NCBI GenBank assembly: GCA_964291495.2
Contig: OZ219874.1
Span: forward strand, 57,127-121,126
DNA length: 64,000 nucleotides
DNA from: Dehalococcoidia bacterium
Lineage (GTDB): Bacteria > Chloroflexota > Dehalococcoidia > UBA2979
Direction of reading: 5' to 3'
Shown: positions 1 through 7,910 of the stretch, in pieces
Numbering within the stretch: the stretch's first letter is position 1
Layout of the letters: each line of letters opens with the position of its first letter
Position numbers and translations under genes: made by a program
Notes under the pieces: model-generated
Databases searched by the model: none
What the model was told of the DNA's origin: nothing
The model's input: only the letters and a program-made list of their open reading frames with translations

Positions 1-621
1 GCGCGAGATCCACCAGGAGGCGACGCCCCACGGATCGCCGGCAGCATCGAGTTGCTCGTTGACCGTCCGTACCTCGGGCGCCACATCGCGGTGTGCAGCG
101 TCGAACTGGAAAGTCGGAAAAAGATAGCCGCGACCCGCCAGCAGGCCGAGCAGCCACGAGCGTTCGCGGTAGCGTCGCACCCGCTCGCGGTTCTCCCGCC
201 TGGCCCCGAGCGCCAGTGCAGCGTCTCCGGCCTCGATCATCGGCTCGTCCCAGATCGCGCGCAGCGCCTCGCCCTCGACCTGTGTCTGGAGCAGCAGCGC
301 ACGCTCGTGCTCGTCAAGCACGCGACGGGGCTCGCCACCGAGCCGCCGCGCGAACTCGTGCTGATTCGCTAGCAGCGCGAGCAAGCTGTGAATCCGCGCC
401 TCGGCCCCGGACAGCGCCCCGTGCCGCGCCGCCAATCGCGCCGCCGCGTCGAGCAACTCCTCTTGCTCTGCCTGCCAAGTATCTGCGAGCCGCGTCAGGA
501 TGCGCGGGACGTCGCGCCCCCGGCGCTGCGCCAACGCCACGCAGGCGATCTCCAGCTGCTCGTCGTCGAGCTCGCGGGCGAATTCACTGATGCGTTGTTC
601 CAAGTCGGGTTGGGACGTCAT
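1..621 (-). CDS. Xre/MbcA/ParS-like antitoxin-type protein (runs off window edge)
   Basis: Manual translation from ATG 621 is open to base 1: MTSQPDLEQRISEF...GYLFPTFQFD...DPWGVASWW. The YxFPxFQF and PWxxxxWW motifs resemble antitoxins of RES toxins. Absent from the ORF track because no stop lies in the window. Confidence 0.6.
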   Translation of the reverse strand, partial: MTSQPDLEQRISEFARELDDEQLEIACVALAQRRGRDVPRILTRLADTWQAEQEELLDAAARLAARHGALSGAEARIHSLLALLANQHEFARRLGGEPRRVLDEHERALLLQTQVEGEALRAIWDEPMIEAGDAALALGARRENRERVRRYRERSWLLGLLAGRGYLFPTFQFDAAHRDVAPEVRTVNEQLDAAGDPWGVASWWISR

Positions 622-660
622 GAGAGGTGCTCCGGGCTATGTTGCTGACGATCCAGTGCG

Positions 661-669
661 ATTATACCA
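661..669 (-). promoter_or_regulatory. Extended -10 promoter (TGnTATAAT) for the gene starting at 621
   Basis: Minus strand reads TGGTATAAT about 40 nt upstream of ATG 621. Confidence 0.6.
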
Positions 670-703
670 CTGTCAGAAACGTATCACCGGCGACGGCTCG
701 CAG

Positions 704-777
704 CGCTTTGACCATCTCCAAACTGCGGAGACAGGCTCGACTCACTGAGCCCCCGGCGGATGCGTGTCAACCGCCGG
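704..777. repeat. 74-bp structured direct repeat, copy 1 (copy 2 at 5154-5227)
   Basis: cgctttgaccatctcc...tgtcaaccgccgg matches 5154-5227 at 70/74 positions and contains three short inverted repeats. Confidence 0.9.
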
Positions 778-818
778 GGCTTCAGAGTTGCCGGGAGCAC
801 GATGGGCTGACGCTCCCG

Positions 819-1025
819 CTAGTACGTCCGCCTGAAGTGTACCCAGGTCGCGATCAGAAGGCCCACGCCAAGGACGGCAATGACGCACACTTGGACGAGC
901 CATGCCGAGACAAGACTGGGGTCACCGATCGACCCGCCCGCCAGCACCCAAGACACCCAGATCATGAGAGTACCGCCCAATAGGCCGATACAGGTGCAGA
1001 TGAATGGCAGGCGAATCACGTCCAT
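819..1025 (-). CDS. Small two-TM membrane protein (68 aa)
   Basis: GGAGG RBS before ATG 1025; MDVIRLPFICTCIGLLGG...IAVLGVGLLIATWVHFRRTY has two hydrophobic segments. Confidence 0.5.
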   Translation of the reverse strand: MDVIRLPFICTCIGLLGGTLMIWVSWVLAGGSIGDPSLVSAWLVQVCVIAVLGVGLLIATWVHFRRTY

Positions 1026-1277
1026 CAGTCCCTCCGGGATCCACCACCAAATGGTCCCACATCCCGCTCGGTCGCCTCGAGCGGTTCGGCGGCGCCGGGC
1101 GACGTATTGACACGACCGACCGCGCGCCGCACGCTGACTACGGCTCACCACAGCCGCGTCGTACCAGGCAGAGGCCTCTTCGGATTGAGGCTGTCCGCGC
1201 CCCCTTGGAGGCTCTAAGCCGGGTACCTGGCGGCTTGTGGTGAGTAGCCGATATCCGCGCCACAAGGGGGCACCTCG

Positions 1278-3470
1278 ATGGGCCTGCTGCCGCCACTCGC
1301 CAGGCCGAGGAACACGCTAGAGGCGGTCGCGCTCGTCGCGGGGGTCTGCTCCATAGCGCTACTCGCGCTGGTCGGCACCTCGTGCGAGGGCGAGGAGTCC
1401 CAGGACACCGCAGCACGTCCAGAGCCCACCGCGACGCCACAGGCCACCGCAACAGCACTCACGACCGCCACGCCACGTGCCACCACTGTGCCGCAGGCGA
1501 CCGCCATGGTACCGGCGACCGCCACGCCTGAGGCCACCGCCACGCCGCGAGCGACCGCCACGCCGCAGGCCACCGCTACCCCGCAGGCCACCGCTACCCG
1601 GGCGCCAACCAGCACGCCGACCACCACGGCCACACCGATGGCCAGCACGCCAGTGGCGGGCTCCGCAGCGCCGGACCGGGCCGTGCTGGCCGCGCTCTAC
1701 AACGCCACGGGCGGCGCCAACTGGCTGAACAGCACGAATTGGCTGACCGACAGGCCGATCGGCGAGTGGCATGGCGTCACCACGGACGGGGCCGGCCGCG
1801 TCACGGCGCTGAACCTTGAGGCGAACCAGTTGAGCGGGCCGCTTCCGGCCGATTTGGGTGACTTGGCCAACCTGCAGGCCCTGTCCCTACAAGACAATCA
1901 GTTGAGCGGGTCGATTCCGGCAGAACTCGGTGAACTGACCAACCTGAGGGTCCTGTCCCTGGAGAACAATCGGTTGAGCGGTTCGATCCCGGCCGCATTG
2001 GGTGACCTGGCCAACTTGACGGCCTTGTTCCTACAGAACAATCGGCTGGGCGGGCCCATCCCGGCCGAGCTGGGCGAACTGGCGAACGTGAGGATCATGC
2101 TCCTCACCGGTAACGATTCGATCGAATGCGTCCCTCGTGGCTTGCGCGACGTCGGTTTGTCGGACTTGCGGTTCTGCGTGCCGGCCGATTACGCGCCGAC
2201 CGGCACGCAGATCTCGAACAGGGACGCGCTCGTCGCGCTCTATGAAGCGACCCAAGGGGCACTCTGGCTGAACAGCACCAATTGGCTGACCGAGAGGCCG
2301 ATCGGCGAGTGGCACGGCGTAACCACGGACGGCGCGGGCCGGGTCATCGTGCTGCGCCTCTCGCAGAACGGGCTGATTGGGCAGCTCCCTGCGGAGCTCG
2401 GCAGTCTCGCCCACCTCGAGGGCCTGCTGCTTGCGTCAAACTTCCTGAACGGGCCGATTCCCGCCGAGCTGGGTGGTCTCGCGAACCTCGGAGGCTTGGA
2501 TCTCTCGAACAACGAGCTGAGCGGACCGATCCCGGTCTCGCTCGGAGAACTCACCCTCTTGACCTCCCTGTCCCTCGGCGCGAACCAGCTGAGCGGGCCG
2601 ATCCCGGCCGAGTTAGGGAGCCTTCCCAACCTCACGGAGCTGCGGTTGAGCCAGAACGAGTTGCACGGGCCGATTCCCCCAGAGTTGGGCGGCCTCAGCG
2701 AACTCAGGTGGCTGGGGCTCTCGGGAAACGAGCTGAGCGGAGCGATCCCGGCCGAGTTGGGTGGCCTCGCGAGGCTGCAGTGGCTGAAGATCTCCGGGAA
2801 CAGGCTAAGCGGGCTGATCCCGCCAGCGTTGGCCCGCCTCACCGGCTTGCGGGAGTTGGTCCTCGACGGCAACGAGTTGAGCGGGCCTGTCCCGGCCTGG
2901 ATTGGACAGTTCACCGCCCTCGGAAACTTGTCGCTCGGAGCGAATCAGTTGAGCGGGCCGATCCCGGCGGAGTTGGGCAACCTCAGCAACCTGAAGCGGC
3001 TGTCCCTTGGGGCGAATCAACTGAGCGGGCCGATTCCGCCGGAGTTGGGCAACCTCAGCAACCTGGCGGCGCTCTCCCTCGAGGAGAATCGGCTAAGCGG
3101 GCCGATTCCCCCAGCGTTGAGCCGCCTCACCAGCTTGTCGGAGTTGATCCTCGACGGCAACGAGTTGAGCGGGCCAGTTCGGGCTTGGATTGGAGAGCTC
3201 ATCGCCCTCGAGTACCTGTTCCTCGGAGCGAACCGGCTCAGCGGGCCGATTCCGCCGGAGTTGGGGAACCTCAGCAACCTGCGGACGCTCTCCCTCGAGG
3301 CGAATCAACTGAGCGGGCCGATCCCCCCAGAGTTGAGTGACCTGGTCAACCTGCAGCTGAGTACCCTCTTCCTGGCCGGCAATGAGTTCACTGGGTGCAT
3401 ACCCGGAGGCTTGCGAGAGCTTCCGCAGAGTGATCTGGGTGCGCTCGGTCTAGCGTTCTGCGAGCTCTAG
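1278..3470 (+). CDS. Plant-receptor-like leucine-rich repeat (lipo)protein with Thr/Pro linker and two LRR blocks
   Basis: Hydrophobic N-terminus ending VGTSC (lipobox-like), ATPQAT repeats, two N-caps (ALYxATxGxxWLNSTNWL...GEWHGVT), and about 20 24-aa repeats of LxxLxLxxNxLSGPIPxELG. Confidence 0.92.
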   Translation: MGLLPPLARPRNTLEAVALVAGVCSIALLALVGTSCEGEESQDTAARPEPTATPQATATALTTATPRATTVPQATAMVPATATPEATATPRATATPQATATPQATATRAPTSTPTTTATPMASTPVAGSAAPDRAVLAALYNATGGANWLNSTNWLTDRPIGEWHGVTTDGAGRVTALNLEANQLSGPLPADLGDLANLQALSLQDNQLSGSIPAELGELTNLRVLSLENNRLSGSIPAALGDLANLTALFLQNNRLGGPIPAELGELANVRIMLLTGNDSIECVPRGLRDVGLSDLRFCVPADYAPTGTQISNRDALVALYEATQGALWLNSTNWLTERPIGEWHGVTTDGAGRVIVLRLSQNGLIGQLPAELGSLAHLEGLLLASNFLNGPIPAELGGLANLGGLDLSNNELSGPIPVSLGELTLLTSLSLGANQLSGPIPAELGSLPNLTELRLSQNELHGPIPPELGGLSELRWLGLSGNELSGAIPAELGGLARLQWLKISGNRLSGLIPPALARLTGLRELVLDGNELSGPVPAWIGQFTALGNLSLGANQLSGPIPAELGNLSNLKRLSLGANQLSGPIPPELGNLSNLAALSLEENRLSGPIPPALSRLTSLSELILDGNELSGPVRAWIGELIALEYLFLGANRLSGPIPPELGNLSNLRTLSLEANQLSGPIPPELSDLVNLQLSTLFLAGNEFTGCIPGGLRELPQSDLGALGLAFCEL
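1430..1640 (+). repeat. Imperfect 18-bp coding tandem repeats (ATPQAT linker)
   Basis: Recurrent gccacgccgcaggccacc-like units. Confidence 0.7.
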
Positions 3471-3606
3471 CCGGGCGCTTGACTCGGGGGCCGTTCCAGC
3501 ACCTCGACGTGCGCGCCCAGCGGAACCGGGCTGGCACGTAGTGGAGATGCGTCAGCCGCCCGGTGGCGAGTTGGCCGTACGCCGCTGACGTAGGGAGACA
3601 ACCACG

Positions 3607-3999
3607 ATGACGGGAACCTCGCCTCCGCACCCGGACTACGGAGCCGACGTGCGCGCGTTCCGCTCCGAGTTTCCGGACGTAGTCACTGAGCTGCGCCGAC
3701 TGCTCGGCGCCAGGATCTGCGCGGTCTTGGGGTCGGTACAGGACACACGCGTCGTCGAGGAGTGGGCGGCGGGCTCACGCAAACCGCCGGCGACAGTAGA
3801 GCGGCGGCTGCGCGTCGCCCTGCAGGCCGCCGCACCGATCGCCGAGGCGGACTCGCCCGGCGTGGCCCAGGCCTGGTTCCGGGGTATGAACCCGCTACTT
3901 GACGACCACTCGCCGCTGCTGCTGCTGAGCGATGGAGACCTCGACGAAGCGCAGCCCGCGGTGATCGGCGCGGCCCGGGAGTTCGTCGCCGCCGGCTAG
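3607..3999 (+). CDS. Xre/MbcA/ParS-type antitoxin-like protein
   Basis: HTH-like N-terminal part (VVEEWAAGSRKP) and C-terminal AQAWFRGMNPLLDDHSP, typical of the toxin-binding domain; GGGAG RBS. Confidence 0.7.
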   Translation: MTGTSPPHPDYGADVRAFRSEFPDVVTELRRLLGARICAVLGSVQDTRVVEEWAAGSRKPPATVERRLRVALQAAAPIAEADSPGVAQAWFRGMNPLLDDHSPLLLLSDGDLDEAQPAVIGAAREFVAAG

Positions 4000-4033
4000 G
4001 CTGCACTCGTCCGTGACCGGCAGATTCCTCGTG
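3968..4033. repeat. ~65-bp direct repeat, copy 1 (antitoxin 3' end; copy 2 at 5069-5133)
   Basis: gcgcggcccgggagttcgtcgccgcc(g/a)gctaggctgcactcgtccgt...cagattcctcgtg occurs at both sites. Confidence 0.9.
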
Positions 4034-4158
4034 GCGGCGAGTCGTGGTATCGGCACGGCAAACTGCACCGCGAGGACGGCCCAGCGCTGATCTTCGCGAA
4101 CGGCGGCGAGTCGTGGTACCGCCACGGCGAGTACCACCGCGAGGACGGGCCGGCGTTG
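4033..4158 (+). pseudogene. Fragment with two 23-aa HREDGPA-type repeats
   Basis: Translates GGESWYRHGKLHREDGPALIFAN GGESWYRHGEYHREDGPAL; no in-frame start codon precedes the repeats. Confidence 0.6.
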
Positions 4159-4352
4159 ACCCACCGTCTCCTCCACCAGCACGTACCGTACCCAGAACTC
4201 GGCCGACGGCCTCTCGCTCGTTGCTGTGTGCGCGTGATCAGGCCCGCATGGGATGCGCTTCGGCGGCCAGGACGGCGACGCGACCCTGCGCGGTCCGGGT
4301 GCTCCCGCCGTAGAATGATTGGACGAGGGGGCGCGCCCGCGAAGGAGGACGG

Positions 4353-4643
4353 ATGACGAACACAGAGGCTCCCACCCGCGAGCGCAGGCCCAGGGAGGAA
4401 ACCACTCGCCTCGGCCGGGAGATTTACGAACAGGAGATCAAGGCACAGGTGGAGCCGGGCCACCACGGCGAGTACGTCGCCGTCGACGTCGAGAGCGGGG
4501 GATGGGCGATGGCCGCCGATGCTCTATCCGCGGCGAATCGCCTGCGGGAGCAGCACCCCGAGGCGCTCGACGTCTTCCTCCTTCGGGTCGGGCATCGAGC
4601 GTTGCATCACTTCGGGGGCCGACCCTGGCGGATGGCCGAGTGA
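4353..4643 (+). CDS. DUF5678-like small protein
   Basis: GREIYE...HGEYVAVDVESG motif, [10 protein letters not shown], stop overlaps the GTG of the protease gene. Confidence 0.65.
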   Translation: MTNTEAPTRERRPREETTRLGREIYEQEIKAQVEPGHHGEYVAVDVESGGWAMAADALSAANRLREQHPEALDVFLLRVGHRALHHFGGRPWRMAE

Positions 4644-5023
4644 TCGAGGGCGTGGTTAACGCTGCGTACGAGGCCATCATCCCCCTTTCCCTGCAAGGTC
4701 CGTTGGCAGAGGCGAGTGAAGTCGAGGCGGTGGTAGACACCGGATTCACCGGATTCCTGACCTTGCCGCCTTCGCTCGTGGCGGAGTTGGGACTGATTCT
4801 CCAGGGCACCAGCGAGGGGACGCTGGCCGACGGCAGCGAAGTCTCCTTCGATGCGTACGAAGCCACGGTGCTCTGGGACGGCGAGCCGAGGGTCGTACTC
4901 ATCGACGAGGCAGACACGACTCCCCTCGTGGGCATGCTGCTGCTCAACACGTACAACCTGAACATTGGAGTTGAGAACGGCGGCCGCGTCCTCATATGGC
5001 GCCTCCCAGTGCCTACAGCCTGA
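4640..5023 (+). CDS. Clan AA (retropepsin-like) aspartic protease
   Basis: AVVDTGFTG catalytic motif, LADGS and PLVGMLLL; GTGA coupling with the upstream gene. Confidence 0.85.
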   Translation: MIEGVVNAAYEAIIPLSLQGPLAEASEVEAVVDTGFTGFLTLPPSLVAELGLILQGTSEGTLADGSEVSFDAYEATVLWDGEPRVVLIDEADTTPLVGMLLLNTYNLNIGVENGGRVLIWRLPVPTA

Positions 5024-5068
5024 CCACACACCTGAAAGTGCGAGGCATGGGGGCGTTCACGGCGTCGA

Positions 5069-5133
5069 GCGCGGCCCGGGAGTTCGTCGCCGCCAGCTAG
5101 GCTGCACTCGTCCGTACCCACAGATTCCTCGTG
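5069..5133. repeat. ~65-bp direct repeat, copy 2
   Basis: Matches 3968-4033. Confidence 0.9.
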
Positions 5134-5153
5134 ACGGTCCGGTGGCGATACGT

Positions 5154-5227
5154 CGCTTTGACCATCTCCGAGTTGCGGAGATAGGCTCGACTCACTGAGC
5201 CCCCGGCGGATGCGTGTCAACCGCCGG
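5154..5227. repeat. 74-bp structured direct repeat, copy 2
   Basis: Matches 704-777 with 4 mismatches. Confidence 0.9.
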
Positions 5228-5237
5228 AACTCACCCG

Positions 5238-5262
5238 GGAGGGGTCGCTGAGCGACCCCTCC
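5238..5262. repeat. Perfect 12-bp inverted repeat (REP-like or terminator)
   Basis: GGAGGGGTCGCT-G-AGCGACCCCTCC. Confidence 0.7.
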
Positions 5263-5437
5263 TTGATCTCTCGCACAGTCCCGGCGCGCCCGACACCGAT
5301 TGCAACCTGCTTGCAGGTAGCCTCTGGCTATCGACGACCGCGGCGGACTGCAGCCGCCCCGGACCACCCCGCGCGCTGCCCGGCACCGGCCTGCAGAGCC
5401 AACATCCAGGTGCCTGGGAAGGAACCTTGCTAGAGCC

Positions 5438-7132
5438 TCACTCGAACCTCGCGAACGGGTCGGCGGTCGTCGCGGCCTCCGCGGGGCGCGTCGCCCAGGC
5501 GGGGTAGGGGAACTGGAGCAGCAGCGGCACCGGGATCTCCGGCTGCTGGAGGATCATCGTGCCCGGCTTGAGCAGCGAGGCGCGGGCACGCGCGGCCGGC
5601 GTCAGGAAGCCGTACTCGCCGCGCTGCGCCTCGGCGGCGTCGAGGCGGCCGACCACGCGCAGCGCGCAGTTGGCGACCACGCGCGGCTCCACCTCGCTCG
5701 CCGTCTGCTGCGCGCCGATCAGCACGACGCCGAGCGAGCGGCCGCGCTCCGCGATGTCGAGCAGCACGTCCTTGATCGGGCTCTGGCCTTCGCGCGGCGC
5801 GTACTTGTTCAGCTCGTCCAGCACCACGAGCATCAGCGGCCGCGGCGAGCCGCTCGCCTCCTTGCGTTCGAACTCGCGCTTCAGCACCACGCCGACGACG
5901 AAGCGCTGCGCGCGGTCGTGCAGGCGGTGGATGTCGACGACGGTGACCTGCGCCCCGCCCGTCTCGATGCGGTGCCGCTCCGAGTCCTCCGAGGCGAGGC
6001 CCCGGACCAGCTGCCCGACGTGCGGCCTCGCCGCCTCCAGCCGCCGCATGAAGGCGGAGACCGTGCCGGGAGCGGCGCGTCCGCCCCAGGCGCCCTCGTC
6101 CGGGTCGGTCATGCGCCCGATCGCGTCGACCAGCTCGTCAAAGTCGGTGACCAGCTCGCCGCCGATCTCGACCGTGGGCGCATCGACGGGCAGCGAGAGC
6201 CGGGCGGCCATTGCCAGCTCCGACTCGACGCGCTGCACGACGAAGCCGAGCTGCGAGCGCTCGTCGTCGGCGTCGGCGAAGAGGAAGCGCAGGTAGCGCT
6301 CGGCGCAGAACTCGCGCAGCGTCCAGTAGAAGCCGGTGACGCCGTCCATCCTCGAGCCGGTCAGCGGGATCGGCTGGTCGCCGCGCGCCGCGGGCGCAAA
6401 GAGCCGCAGCGAGGGGAACGGCGCCGCCTCGAGGTCGAGGTCCGTGTAGCGGACTCGTTCGGCCTCGGGCAGTCCGGCGTTGGGCTTGTCGAGGAAGAGC
6501 AGGTCCTCGCCTTTGACGTTGAAGACGAGCGCGCGCGTGTTCGCGGTCTCGTGGCCGAGCACGCCGCTGCCGAACAGCGAATAGAGCAGGAACATCGCGT
6601 ACGAGGTCTTCGTCGCGACGCCGGAGACGCCGGAGATGTTGACGTGCGCGCCGCGCTGGCCGTCGAGGAAGTCGAGGTTCGCGAAGATCGGCTCGCCCGA
6701 GCGCGAGAGGCCGACCGGGAGGCGGCGCTCCATCGCGTCGAAGAAGAGCGCGCGGTCGCGGGCGGCGGCGTGGGCGCGACGCACTGCCTCGCCGGGTCGC
6801 GGCGGCACGAAGATCTCCGGCTCGACACGCGTGACGGAGACGTGCGCGCTGACCGCGGACTCCGCGGGCAGCACGCCGCTGCTCGCCAGCGCCACATCCG
6901 AGGCGAAGCGCACGCCCTCCTGCACGGCGCGCAGCTCGTCGACGACGCCGTAGAAGTCGACGTGCTGGCCGTCCGGCAGCGGCGAGGTGACGTGGACCAC
7001 GTCGTCGAGCTGGAGGTAGCGCTGGGGGTCGACGTAGGTCCAGAAGCCGAGCGGCGTCGAGGCGCCTTGCTCCGTGCCGAGCACCAGCCCCTCGCGCCGC
7101 TGCGCCTCCAGCTGTGGATCGCGGCCTACCAT
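5438..7132 (-). CDS. herA: HerA-family ATPase/DNA translocase (bacterial type)
   Basis: N-terminal HAS-barrel-like region, variant Walker A GAHVNISGVSGVATKTSY, Walker B LVVLDE, and GRSLGVVLIGAQQ; GGAGG RBS before ATG 7132. Confidence 0.85.
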   Translation of the reverse strand: MVGRDPQLEAQRREGLVLGTEQGASTPLGFWTYVDPQRYLQLDDVVHVTSPLPDGQHVDFYGVVDELRAVQEGVRFASDVALASSGVLPAESAVSAHVSVTRVEPEIFVPPRPGEAVRRAHAAARDRALFFDAMERRLPVGLSRSGEPIFANLDFLDGQRGAHVNISGVSGVATKTSYAMFLLYSLFGSGVLGHETANTRALVFNVKGEDLLFLDKPNAGLPEAERVRYTDLDLEAAPFPSLRLFAPAARGDQPIPLTGSRMDGVTGFYWTLREFCAERYLRFLFADADDERSQLGFVVQRVESELAMAARLSLPVDAPTVEIGGELVTDFDELVDAIGRMTDPDEGAWGGRAAPGTVSAFMRRLEAARPHVGQLVRGLASEDSERHRIETGGAQVTVVDIHRLHDRAQRFVVGVVLKREFERKEASGSPRPLMLVVLDELNKYAPREGQSPIKDVLLDIAERGRSLGVVLIGAQQTASEVEPRVVANCALRVVGRLDAAEAQRGEYGFLTPAARARASLLKPGTMILQQPEIPVPLLLQFPYPAWATRPAEAATTADPFARFE

Positions 7133-7239
7133 CTCGGTCCTCCCTTCGCGAGCAGCCGCGCGTCTCCGGCGAGCATCTGCCGGCTCAGCGCGACAACCAG
7201 GTCGTTCGGGGTACGCGCCGTCGCGATCAGGGGGCTCAT
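7126..7239 (-). CDS. 37-aa small ORF resembling an internal NurA helix
   Basis: GGAGG-N5-ATG, MSPLIATARTPNDLVVALSRQMLAGDARLLAKGGPRW*, overlapping the herA start; 10/20 identical to NurA PSELVRELTNRMLAAEARLV. Confidence 0.45.
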   Translation of the reverse strand: MSPLIATARTPNDLVVALSRQMLAGDARLLAKGGPRW

Positions 7240-7250
7240 GAGTTCCTCCA

Positions 7251-7823
7251 TCAGCGGTTCTCCTGCTCGCGCTCGTCATCGGGGGGACCAGAGAACTCCA
7301 GTGGGCGGCCCTCGCGCTTCGCCTTGAGCCACCGCCGGAAGGACTTCACGCCCTCTCCGGACCGCTGCCCGGCGATCAACCCCTGGACGCTGATGTCCTC
7401 GTCCAGGTCGGGCCAGTGGATGCCTTCGCCGGGGCCGATGAGCTCCCAGTTGTCGCGCTCTTCAGGCGTGCCGTGCACGAGCCGCGGGTACCAGTCAAGC
7501 GGTACTGTGATGGTGCGGCCATCGGACAGCTCGGCCGTGAGCGCGTCCTCGGTCACGATGACGCGCTCCGCCTCCGGCGCCGGGACTTCCTGGTTGGAGT
7601 ACTCATGCCACGACTCGATCAGGAGCTTCTGATGCCGTTCGAGGCTCCTCTCGATCCGGCGTATCTCGGAGCGCCCGATTCCACCGCTCCGTTCAAGCCG
7701 GACGGGATCCAGCCAGAACTTGGCGACACGGTTCCCGCGCCACACGTGCACGTGCGGCGGCTGTCCCAAGTCGCTCGCGTAGAAGATGAAGAGATACGTG
7801 CCATCCGAGGTCTTACGAGGCAT
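7251..7823 (-). CDS. DUF4160-DUF2442 toxin-antitoxin-like pair fused in one frame
   Basis: N-half FIFYASD..PPHVHV..AKFWL (DUF4160); C-half LSDGRTITVPLDWYPRL..GIHWPDLDEDISV (DUF2442). Confidence 0.8.
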   Translation of the reverse strand: MPRKTSDGTYLFIFYASDLGQPPHVHVWRGNRVAKFWLDPVRLERSGGIGRSEIRRIERSLERHQKLLIESWHEYSNQEVPAPEAERVIVTEDALTAELSDGRTITVPLDWYPRLVHGTPEERDNWELIGPGEGIHWPDLDEDISVQGLIAGQRSGEGVKSFRRWLKAKREGRPLEFSGPPDDEREQENR

Positions 7824-7910
7824 CGCCCACTTCCTCCTTCCTCGACGAACGGGGCGAAGCCGGCGTCGCCCTCGAACCTGTGTAGCCGCTCATCGCGGCG
7901 TTTCGCTCGG

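Noticed and set aside
765-770. TTGACA on the minus strand of the 74-bp repeat as a -35 promoter box
   Set aside because: No acceptable -10 hexamer 16-18 nt downstream in either copy.
1800-3400. Diversity-generating retroelement template/variable repeat within the LRR gene
   Set aside because: No reverse transcriptase in the window, and the differences are not adenine-specific; ordinary coding repeats.
704-5227. CRISPR array or classical integron interpretation of the repeats
   Set aside because: Only two copies, kilobases apart; no regular spacers, cas genes, integrase or clear attC core sites.
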